This document shows, in pieces, positions 11,730-27,974 of a stretch of DNA of 64,000 nucleotides (positions are counted from its first letter, which is position 1; every line of letters starts with the position of its first letter). The notes beneath the pieces are model-generated. The model was not told the DNA's origin. It did not search any database and saw only the letters and a list, made by a program, of their open reading frames with translations. The stretch comes from Marsupella aquatica (Eukaryota; Plantae; Marchantiophyta). Where the stretch lies: contig OZ316893.1 in NCBI GenBank assembly GCA_973895155.1, positions 8,555,739-8,619,738 on the forward strand, given 5' to 3'. The translations under genes were made by a program, and so were the position numbers.

Positions 11730-14700
11730 ATGGACCACCAGAGAGATCTTGATGGAGGAATCCCGGGGGGATCCACCAGACCGATGACGAGCAACGCTTG
11801 GGATTCTTACGACACTGTATTTTTAAATGCTAAGGCAGGTGTGGGTTTCTCTACTTTACAAGCCCTTAGACAGACTTTGTGCGATGTATGTTTAAATTAG
11901 TGCAATTATTCAGAATTCCATCTGTCAGTACTGAACTTAGCTCCACAAATCGTATCCAAATTCATGTGCCTCTTTTGGAGTTGCGGATTGGGTGAGCAGG
12001 CATGGACAGTGTTGACAAGAAAAAGATTCAAAAAGTTGTGTACGATATGAGCAAGGGATCTAAGTACTTCAGCAATGAGCAAAGGAAGGAGGCGGAAGTG
12101 CTGCAACGTATTCAGCGCATGAATGCAAGGGCAGCAAGCCTCAGTCAAGCTGAGCTGGCTGAGCATGAGAAGGTACTCTGTTCACCAGACCCTCAATAAT
12201 TGCAACCCTAGGTTGATTGACTGGACAATTTTTTAGCTGTCTTTTGTGAAATCAGTATGAAGCTTTGGTTCGGCCAAACTGGTCCACTGTAGAATTTGAC
12301 TTTCTTAGAATCTTAGGTTTAACGTAGAAGTTCCGAATTTCAGGCCCAATTTTTGAAGTGACACCTAGTTGCAAATATTTTGGATGCAGGCGACTGACAT
12401 GAAAATAGTGGAGCTGGAAGCTTCACGGGACTTGTCGCGCGTTTGGGTGCATGTGGACATGGACGCCTTTTATGCTGCTGTGGAAACATTGGTGAATCCA
12501 TCATTGGCAGGAATACCCATGGCTGTGGGAGGCATGTCAATGATTTGCACTGCAAACTATGAGGTCAAATTCCATACCATACCATTTGTTTGTTGCTCAC
12601 GTTGTTTTGCGTTGGCAGTCGAAGGAAATCACCTGTCATGTGGAAATAGCTGCAGTCTACTGGGCATTGCTCACTGAGTTTATACCGTAAATTGTTGCCA
12701 GGCCCGGAAATTTGGTGTGAGAGCTGCCATGCCAGGGTTCATAGCTCGCAAGCTCTGCCCAAATTTGATTTTTGTGCGCCCTGATTTTAAAAAGTATGCA
12801 CACTACAGTGACCTCAGTCGACAAGGTTTGCAAATCCTCTTCTGTTGTTTCCTTTAAAGGATCGATGGGTTGTGTGCTCTGATAGATCTCAAAATGCATG
12901 GGATGCAGACAACTCAGTTGTTTATCTTAAATGTGTGTAGGTTTATGTATGTATAAACCAGTCTTCAAGAATTTGTTGTTGCGGCTGTGAGATGCAGTGT
13001 TCAAGGCATACGATCCAGAGTTTGTTGCAAGAAGTATGGATGAAGCTTACTTAGACATTTCAAAATCATGCCAAGTTCGTAACTTGTCTGGAGCACAAGT
13101 AAGGATTACACTTTTTCGCCGTGGACGTATCTGAATGAGCTCTTGAGCACTTACTAGAAGTCTTGCAATGTGCGGATCGTATAGTCCAGCGTCTTATGCA
13201 ATGTTGTTCATGAAATCCGTCGGGTCCATTTGACAGTGCTCCCTGTTCCTTACAAAATAGGTCTTGTTCTTGTTGAGTTGATTCATGTTTCTGTCCACAG
13301 GTTGCAGAAGAGCTGCGCAACAAGGTGTATTCAGCAACCGGGCTTACGTGCAGTGCTGGAGTCGGACCAAATCGGTTGCTTGCAAAGGTTTTCCTCGTTA
13401 GTACAACGAAAGCACCAGTAGATTTGCTATGGTTAATTTGATAAAATGAGGAACTGAGCCAGCTGATGTGCCCTCTGAATCATTAATGACAATCTCACTT
13501 CATATGGCTCTACCTCAGCAAACTTTTGCCTCGGTCAGCCAGAGTTCTCATTTTGGAGAAAAACAATTATGTTGAGCATCTGAAAGGACGTATTTGATGC
13601 TAAGTATTGAACTGTAGGTATGCTCTGATATAAACAAGCCAAATGGACAATCTGTGTTGGGGAATGACAGAGAAGCAGTAATGGCTTTTATTTCGTCACT
13701 GCCTATACGTAAGGTGAGGCCCATCACAGAAAGGTCCAGTTTGCGAAGTTCCTTGTGCTCTCTGGGTAAATCAAAGAAAATTTGCCATTCTCGTTCGGAA
13801 AGCAATGCTTGGTGTGGGATTCGCTTAGAATTTAGTTTTGCCAACAAACATTTACTACGTGGTGTGGTTTGTAGGTTAATGGCATTGGCAAAGTAACGGA
13901 GAGATTACTGAAGGAAGTACTGGGGATCAGCACTTGTGCTGACTTGCTAAAGAAACGGTCGTATATATCTGCATTATTTTCTGAAATATCCACAGGTTCT
14001 ACTCTTAGATCTTTGCAAAAGTGTTTTCCTAGAATATATAGATAGTCTATAATTGCAAACAAATGCGTTCTTGCTTGTTTGTCTTAATACGTAGAGGGAG
14101 GGTTCAGTCTACATGTCTTCAAAGTTTTAAGTGCTGGCTTTACTTTTAATCCATACATTGAAGTAGTCAAGCGATGACTTGTGCAAATCCATACCTTGTA
14201 GCAACCCTACAATTGTTAAGTTTTTCCGGAAGAACGATATTCAGACTATTTTGTTTCTCCAGATTTCTTCCTGGCTGTTGGGCTTGGGATAGGTGGATCT
14301 GAAACACCTCAGAAAGAACCACGAAAAAGTTTGAGCAATGAGAGGACATTTGCCGCAATTACCGAGAAACGTCAACTATTTCAAAAATTGGGTAAGCATC
14401 ACTAATCAGGAGATCACGATGAAGAAATCAGGCTGACATGTTTTTTAAGTGGATGTCATTTATATAAATGACTCTTTCAATTGTAGTGTTATTGTGTGTG
14501 GATGGTGGCTATGCCCAGTCTTCTCTACTCGAACACTCATAAATTTGTCGGCTGTCCCATTGCAGAGGAGTTAGTAGAACTCTTGGCAGATGATATGCAG
14601 AAGGAAGACTTACACGGGCGGACACTGACATTAAAGCTGAAGGAGACTGGATTTGAGGTGTGAAAGTGCCTTCATTTGCCTTGCTGTTATCCTTGTGCTT

Positions 14701-16525
14701 TTGTTCTAAAACCATAGCGCAGATGTTACTTTTCGATGTTCTCTAGTTCCATCATCCCTCCTTAGTGCCTGGAAAAGTACTTAAGATCAGTGTCCGGTTC
14801 TCGAAACTTTTTAGGAGTTCCCCTACCTAATCAGCGTTGACAGATTCATGTTACGTATATTTCAGGTGAGATCAAGAGCAATTACTTTGCCCTCCTTCAT
14901 ATCGACAAAGTCAGAGATTTGGGAGCACGCTTCTAAATTACTGAAAGGGGAACTCCCTCTTTCCTTGAGGCTAATGGGTAGGTGATTTGATCGTCGTGAG
15001 ATACTAGGCATCAAGGTGCAAAATGACAAGCACTTTTACTTTGCATGCTGAATAATCACCAACTTTGAATTGACGAGTAGGCGCTTGACGTAACTGTTAT
15101 ATTGGGTTCTCTGAAACAGGTTTGAGAATCTCAAATTTCAAAGATGAAAATTCAAATCCTACTCAGAGGACTCTCACAAGCTTCATCACTCGACCTGGTC
15201 CTGCTAAACTGGACCACGCTACACCGGCGTCAAATGCCTTACAGATTGTTCCTCTCAGTTCGTCAAGCATTGCTCATGATATGCCTCTCGAAGCTTCTAT
15301 GGAAGAAAAAGAACACTATCTTGGAGGCGGCTCTCATGAGAAAAGTGCACAAGACTTTGGTCACGACAAAAGGGGACCACGTGGCAGTGAAATGCTTCAG
15401 ACAGTGATACCGAATAGAAGTCCACTGAAAGATGTTTCCAAGAGTCAGCAGACATTACGTAATCCCGTTTTACCAGATACTCCTCCAAATATGAAAACAA
15501 ATGCCATAGTTAAGTCTCCTGGTTCTGTTCAGGCCAAACTAGAGGAAGTCATAGCCCGGAGACAACGAGAAAACTTCAAAGAGGTGAATCCACCAACAAT
15601 TGGTCTCGAAGGGATAAATTCTCAAGTTGGGACGGCATCAAGTTTGGGGATGGATATGAATTCGGAGGAGGTCCAACTAAGAAGTAGATCAGATGGACAG
15701 CCAAGTGGTGAACTAAGTGTTCGTCAAGTCTCCCGCAGGGCTATGACGAGAAAAGAGACTGTTCAAGAAGTCGTGGATTCCTCGTCAGGCGAAGCAGATA
15801 TGCATGTTCCACGTGGTCATTTCAGCCAACTTATCTTGGGAGGTTTCGATGAGGAAGCTGGGCAACCGAGGGACCTCATAACCAGTGTTGAGACAGTTGA
15901 GCCGAGTTGGGAGGCATTGCAGTCTGGATATGATTTAGTTCATGAGCAAGTCTGGAAGGACAACCGATGTGCTCTCTGTGGCGTTGAAGTAAACGATTGT
16001 TTGCCCAGTGCTCGGCAAGAACACGAAGACTTTCATTTTGCCATGTGGTTACAGCAGCAAGATGAAGAAAGTGGTGGGTTGCAGAGGTCAACAACAACCA
16101 CAACACAGCCGACTCAGAGGGCACCAACGTAAGAGTTTTCCCATTTTGGGTTCTTTCATTCTATGCCTTGGACTGGGTGAAGGAAAGGGTGATATTGTGG
16201 TTTTTAGAGCTTCTGTCTGGAAAGAGATGCCCTTACCTTAAAGCTTATCATACCCTCTTTCGACTCTGCATTTTGCACTTGCAGCTTCATTGACCTTTTG
16301 TCCTCATTCTGAACGGATTTTCCTTTTGCCTTGAATAAGGTTTTGCTCATCAATGGAGTATTCGGTTCCAGTATTCAGTACTAAATGTCTTATATCGTTG
16401 TCCTGTACAGAATTGTTGTAGAAAAGGAGTCCAAAAAGAGGAAAGCATCTGGAGGAAAATTCAATTCCTCTCACAAAAGGGGCTCTAGTCGTCCTATTGA
16501 AGCCTTTTTCAGCAAAGCCAAGTAA
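11730..16525 (+). CDS. POLK: DNA polymerase kappa (Y-family, DinB-like), 13 coding exons
   Basis: GT-AG exons approx. 11730-11838, 12000-12172, 12390-12563, 12702-12825, 12998-13098, 13301-13387, 13618-13713, 13875-13994, 14263-14391, 14566-14657, 14866-14977, 15120-16128, 16411-16525. Motifs: NAKAGM..VDK N-clasp, [72 protein letters not shown], UBZ-like CALC..EHEDFH, and a C-terminal PIP-like RPIEAFF. Confidence 0.97.
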
Positions 16526-18528
16526 CCTGTACTTCTTAAAGCACGTGCTAGACTCAGAGAATCAAGATCGATGTATTGATTTATCGTTGTATATAAAGAA
16601 TGCAGTGACATTAGGTGGAGCGGAGGGAGCGAGTCTGTGTTGAACATGTAATTTGTACAGTCTTCAAAGCAAAAGATGGCTGGTTTCGGTGGACTCCAGT
16701 AACATAAAGTTTAATCACACTTGCGTATGCTCCGTATATTGTGAGAACGCTTGATTCTTTGGAAAGAGTGGGAAATCTCGTGCCACGAAATGAGCTTCGG
16801 GGCTTCTCGTCCTTCAAGTGCGTCATTAGTGGCTTCTCAATAAATACTGTCTTATCCACTGATATGTTAGTCCTTATCTGGGAAGAAATAATTACCTCAA
16901 CAAGATTCAACGATTCTCAGAATCTGACGCATTTGGGCAAAGCTCAGAGGCAGCAAACGCGATTTCATTTATATGTACTCAGTTAATGTGAACAAGTTCA
17001 AATCTCGCAGGGATGAAAAGTTCTCGAGTTTAGTTCTAGCTTGGTTGTTACGCATAGACGAGGCTTTTTTATACTTGTATTTACCTTACTGCAGTACCTT
17101 TCCAACTCGATGCAATGCAGTGAACACTATCTCAAAGAAACGATTGGGTGGATGGAACTTGGAGGAGATTGGACTAAAACTGAAAAAGAGGTAAAGACGG
17201 TAAGCGCAGACAACTAAGCGAAATTTACATTCGGTCTGTTAGTGTTGTTTACAGGAGGATGCCATTTGTTCTGTGCTATCTTGTCAAAGGTGCATGGATG
17301 CAAACTGGCTTAGAAACATCAAATTGTGGGTTTCATTTAGATAAGATCCCCTCTCCCCAATGACTGCGTTACTTTGTCTCGTCTTGAATCTGGCATTTGT
17401 GCCTTCTGTCTTGTAGTGCACTGCAATGAGAACTCGTCTCAAAGGTCGGCATTAAACTGTCTCAATTCTCAGGAGAGGTGATTCCAGGTTGACCTCTAAT
17501 ACTTCTTGGATTGTTGAGCGTGTAGGGGTGGAAAGCATTCATCGTCAAGCTGTAACTACGTTTGCCGCACAATAGACGAAGTAGGCAAACAAATTTTCAG
17601 TTCAGCCATGGCAAAATCAGGAGAACACGTGCAAAGCAGTCACTTGTTTCTTGGGGCTTTGTCTTTGGTACTGAGGGTAGACATCCGTACTAAGCATTTG
17701 ATCTCTTCACCCACTGTGCATCGGTCACTAACGACTTGTGGCCAATTTACATTGAGTGAAGCGTCGATATCGGCTTGCTTGTCCTGCAATTCTAACACCC
17801 ACCCAGGCCAACCTTGTTTGCAGAAAGTTGTACTTTCAGTAAAGCCAAGCAATCTGCACTCGACAATAATAGTAGCAATCCGTGCAAATCCTGCTGTTAT
17901 CAATCTGTTTATAACTGACAAATTCATCACAAAGAATGTGTCCCTCCTACTTGCGAGTCTGACAGGCCTTGCGATCCATCTTACTTATTTGACCCCCTAG
18001 TGTGCCAACCACAACACGTTCTTTGCAAGGTAACTTGGTATTAGAAAAGAAGGATGACAGAGCCAATCCGGCCCATTTGAATAGCATAATGTAAACAGGA
18101 CTCAGAAATAGTGAAAGAATACTTTCACATGTCCTTTGCAGAGAAAGTTAAATGGATTTTAATAGGGATTCGAATTCCTATTCAGGACTCTGCCCAATTT
18201 ATGTCATCACCATTCCTCTACCCAAGATTAAAGTTGAAAGTTGTATGGGACTTTGAGTGTCAGCACCGAAATTTTGCCTGAGGGCAACCACTATTGACAC
18301 TAGACTATGGGTGCAAGAACCTACCCCGACCCCCTGTAGAATCTTGGTTTGACAAATAATGACGAACTAATACATGGGCCACATCAGCTCTAAGATCAGT
18401 AGCTTCCCCTTAGAATACACGTTTGTGTAGACTGTGGAGGACTGGTGTGTACATTGCTTTAGACTCATGCCACTGATAAAAATGTTATGGGCTTGCCTAC
18501 CGATTCTAATTGTGGACTACTACCGCTA

Positions 18529-23110
<4,582 letters not shown>

Positions 23111-25057
23111 CTTGGCACCCTTGCTAGGTTGCCTTGGATTCGGGACTCTCGAGACCGTTTCCCTGGAAGCCGCTCTGTAAAGAAGGCAGAGATATGAGCC
23201 CTATCGATGGGGCTCGTCCAGTCTGCGAGAGAAACAATCTCGGACCTTATGACAGTATTGGCCAGGCTGGTTCTGTTCCAGGGCAACCAGAACCGCAATG
23301 ATTTAGTTATTGACCTGCCAGATCCCACAGGGTAAGTGGGCGACAGAACAGATCCAAACTTCCTCAAGTTCAGACTGAGATCACGGACAATATCAGATAC
23401 AAGCTCCTTGAGGACATAATATGGCACGCCACCTGAACCGCAGCACACTAAGGCCTTCTGATGGACAACCTTGAGACCCCTTTGAACAAATTACGGACAG
23501 ACAGAGCACGCTGAGTTTTCATCTCGACTGCCATCTATCGCTCTAGTGGCTTCCATCGTGCGCCTGTAGCGTTTACTGGCTACACCAGCCAAGGAGGCGG
23601 GCAGATTAGATCAATGCTAAGTGGATCTGTTCCTGCGATAAAAGAGCACCCTAGTTTCTTGCTTCATCTCAGAATCAATCCTTCTCGTCTTTCTTCTTAA
23701 TTCCAGACACCTTCGTGACGTGTATTCTCTTCCTACTAATCCCCAGCCTCCTTCGTGAGTTGCACACTTCTCTATCTTCCGAAGGAAACTAGTACCACAA
23801 CTCAGCCGCCCCCTTCGTCCGAGCTCTTGATAGCACTCAATCGGCGTCTTCCGCTTTACTGCTAACTAAACAAATATCAGCAGGCGTCGCCACTAACATA
23901 CAACGGTGAGAAAGTAGGATCCAATGACTCTCCAGTGGCCTCGCACGCACTTCTAAGTCACCGTCAAACACAACGAGACGGCAGCCAGGCCACGGAGATG
24001 AATACGCAAATGAGAACCTCAGAACAGGGGAGAGTAAGGAAAGCCTACAAGACCTTCCCCAAAAAAGGAAGCACGGCAGGAAGCACGGCCGGACGACGCC
24101 TGAAACCGAAGAAAAGATTAATTAAATTGAAAATTCACCAAGCTCGGCGGCTGCAGCAGTTGCAGCTATTATCGTTGTACTTCAAAGTAGGTAAGCATTG
24201 TATGATCGCGTCTATCGCGACAATCTTCTTAAGCTGCAGTAACTCCTAAGCTATGACCAGGCGAGAAGCAAGCGATTAAGGCTGGACCCTCTCTACCACG
24301 ACACCACCAGCTCCTAATCGCCGAGAGGGATGTCCAATTAAATGAGACAAAACCCTACTGAGAGTTGTTTTCAACAAGCTAGCAGGCAGGCTGAGGCACA
24401 GCGCATCAGCAGGAAGAGACGAGAACACGAAGGACAAAAAAGAAGTCGGGGACAGGAAACAAGGGAGACACCCAATTATGTAGCACCACGAGAATGGGAA
24501 ACTTGAATGCAACTAACCCTTAAAAACTCCACGACCACAACAACGACCTTCCGAAACCCGCAGGAACTGATGCAGTTGCGTCGACCACAGACAACCACAG
24601 GATGCGCAACTGAGCCACAACAGCGTGGTCCAGGGCTCCACGCAGCAGCTGGAGCCTGGAGGATGTCGTGTGATCGACGAGACCAGATGAAGCGTGCAGG
24701 GGAGTCCGGGACGGGAGGAAGGAGAGAGGAAACGAGAACTAATTTCTCCAGAAACAGTCTTCAGAGTAGAAACAGAACAACGACGAGAGCATCTGATGAG
24801 GGATCAAAGACCAGAGCAAGAAGCGAGAAGTGCTGTCGATTGACCGGCGACTCGTGACGATGTCGGCGCTCGAAGCCGGATCAATCGAACAAGCGGACCT
24901 GCAGCGAGATTTCGAGCCGACACCAGCAATTCGTCACACATGCGACTGTTTGTCTCAAATCACGAATGAGCTTAAAAGCGAGCAGAGCAGTTCCCTCTCG
25001 TCACCAGACTCGCACGAAAGCTCTTCGCAATGGCGGGCGCTCAATAGGTACACCTAC

Positions 25058-26040
25058 TGTTATAGACAGGTAAACTGCAGTACCTAACTCGGCCTCCGCC
25101 CGTCCGCCGCTTCTAGACTATTCTGGAGGGCTACTGGATAGAGGGCCGTCGACCCATGCCACGCCGCAAACAGGTGAACTAGGTCTTCATATAAATAAAC
25201 ACGGGTATAGTTCTGTTTGGTGCTAACACGGACAAGCCATATCCGATCTGGACACGGGAGGGCGAGGAGTTCCTCACGTGCTTCACGACCAGGGACACGA
25301 TGCCACGCCGCAAACAGGCACCAGATGGGCCTTCCCAGTGTGCAAATCAGATACGTTTGCAGAGAAGATCCAGCCAGTGAAGAGAGGACAAGTGGGACAG
25401 GGAGCTTGTCCCTGGTTCTTGAATTAAGGATGTCCCCCAACTCGAGGTGGCCACAGAGAGGCCGCTCGGCAGAGGCGGGTCAGGTCAGGGACTTGTCGCT
25501 GGACTTGACTCTTGACCTACAGTTAGGGTCTGAGGCCAGGAGGGGGCATGGACCTGGGTACTACAGGGCACAGGGTACACTGGTACTGGACAAGACGGGA
25601 GTCAGGAGGGGACACCCATGCTTTGCAACTTTGCAAGGGTTGCCGAGACCTATTTTGCCACTTTGGACGGCTCTGGGGCATTGGCCCGTACTGCCTAGGA
25701 AGGAGTACACTTCTAAAAATACGGGACTCACTTCTAATTCGCCGGACAGAAACAGAGTGTGCCAGGATTCGATGCATCCGTGGATCGCGAATATTTGTGC
25801 CTTCAAATCAGCACTTTACTTGGCAATAAAGTGTCAAAATGGGGGGCCCCAACGAACCAACAAAACACGGATCCACCAACACGCATCGAGCATCACCCAC
25901 GCCCAACCATAGGTGAACGGCTGAACGCAAGCGGGGGCTACCTGAGGCTGCCACGAAACGCAGGTGCCCCCACTAGGAGTGGTGTGAATATTAGGGAGTC
26001 CCAAACCTCTCTTTTCCTACTCCGGCACCAGTCAGCAACA
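25058..26040. mobile_element. Candidate solo LTR upstream of ECA
   Basis: GC-rich 983-bp block bounded by TGTT...AACA, with a TATA-like tataaata near 25190 and an internal direct repeat atgccacgccgcaaacagg (~25157 and ~25301). Flanks cctac / cattc match only 3 of 5 bases. Confidence 0.35.
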
Positions 26041-27974
26041 CATTCCTGGATAAAAAGTGGCGGACACTAAAATGCATGTCCGCACAAATGACCAAAAGTG
26101 GTAGTTTTGAACATCATTTTTCGCCGAAACTTCAGGGTTTGAGACGCCCTCCTACTAGACTCCCATTGCGGAAACATTCCATGGAACCAGGAACGGAAGT
26201 CAGGGCTGCTCACATGCAAATTGGCTCTTATCCTTAACTCTTCCAATTTGTGTCCTTTGGTTTTGTTTTTCCTCTGCATCTCCACTTATCCATATTGTGT
26301 CCAAAGTTGTCTCTAGATTGGTCATTTCTATCATTCCAAATGCTTGCTCTGCTGGGACAGCTAGAACTGCAAGATTCACTATCATCCTTTGACAATCAAC
26401 TTACAAAGTCCCTTTTTCTACCCATTCTTTGTTACTCTTGGCCAATAGACACTTGTTCCATAGATTGCTGGCAAGCATCCTCTCTACTCAGTTTCGACCA
26501 ATACATCTCAAAGAATCGCTACTCCCTCGTCCCAACCAATTGAGTAATATTCAGGATGCTCCCACACGGCTAGCACTAATTCACCAACCTGCATTGAGAA
26601 AGTATGCATCTGCATCCCTGCCCCAATTGGCCTACAGATGTGGGAGCTGAGGGCGGGGGAGATGGAGTAGTCTCCATTCTACCATTTCTTGACCAAATTA
26701 TCTTGTTGACCCCAACTTCAGTGGATGACAAATATTGTGGGAGATGACAAGAGATAGATGCACTTACATTGTATATATAATCGTTTAGTTGAAGGTGATG
26801 GTGCATCAGAATGTATTCTAAGACACATGCAACAAAAGCCTAAAGGCGACAAAGAAAACAAATCAAAGGGCCACAAGGAAAATGGGCCAAAATGTCGCAG
26901 CAGCACAGCCTGCCACACCAAAACCCCAGGAACTCAACACTATTGTAGGTCTTTGGCCAGGAGTGGGTCTTAGTTAGCCACCTAAACATGGCCAATTGAA
27001 AGGTGAATCTCAAAGCACTTGAGAATACCACAAGGGTGAGTAATGGCTTTTTCTAAGTTTATTAGGGTGTTTCTGTTTCTTCTCTTTACTCTGTACTCTG
27101 AAAGTGGTGAGAGCATGCAGTACTACAACTTCTATAATTTCTATGACTAGGATTAGCCCACAAGCGGTCTTTTCATGCAGGTCAGCATGGCAGCTGTGGA
27201 TTTGAAGTCCATTCAAGCAGAAAAATAATTATAATTCAGTATACCCCATTCCCAACGTAGCAGGGGACAATGTGGTCAGGGGACAATGTGGTCCTCCAGT
27301 TACCCTAGTAATCAGCACAGTAAGCTCAACTTGACTCGTGGTTGTCTCAACTTGTGTCATCACCCAATGAAAGATGAGCTTCAAGGGAAGTGAGTAGCAT
27401 TGGCCTGGTAAGTCCCCTGTCTTCTTTCCATCCACGCAAGTGAATAGGGCATGTAAAAAACAGAGCCATAAGTGATCACGACCACAGACATAGAATGGTT
27501 TAATTTATGTCCAGGACAAAACCTAATGAGCTACATATATCCCTGCCCCGTAAGGTCAGACATCCAAAAAGTTACAGCCATAAGACCTTTGACATTCTCT
27601 AATAGCAATTCCCTATCAGAAAAATGAGCCCTGGGTTTCTATTATGTGAGCAAATGGCCGTATCAAATTTCACTAAGAAAGAGCGGCCAATGCTTTGTGA
27701 AGATTACATACTTGACTTGCACCATTGTGACTTGGATAAACACAATCTGTGAAAATGCATTTACTGGCCTTACAACTAATTTCTGGAAAGTAGAACAGCC
27801 AATGGCTTTGTGAAGATTAAATACCTCACTTGCACCATGGTGACTTAGATAGTCCCAATCTGAGCAGATACCTTTAATTAACAACATAGATTTAAACAGG
27901 TTATGTAACTCAAATGTTCACACAGATGTCTTGATTTGATGGGAATTTCCTGATTGCTTTGACTGCCAACTCCA

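Noticed and set aside
15120-16128. Large low-complexity POLK exon as a possible separate or novel domain
   Set aside because: It splices in frame and carries a UBZ-like finger followed by a PIP-like box in the next exon, the expected plant POLK C-terminus.
17608-18000. Overlapping 130-aa (+) and 96-aa (-) ORFs between POLK and ECA
   Set aside because: No motifs or splice structure; most likely chance ORFs in UTR or intergenic DNA.
25217-25912. 231-aa plus-strand ORF
   Set aside because: Non-ATG start, no recognisable domain, lies in a GC-rich repeat-like block with open frames on both strands.
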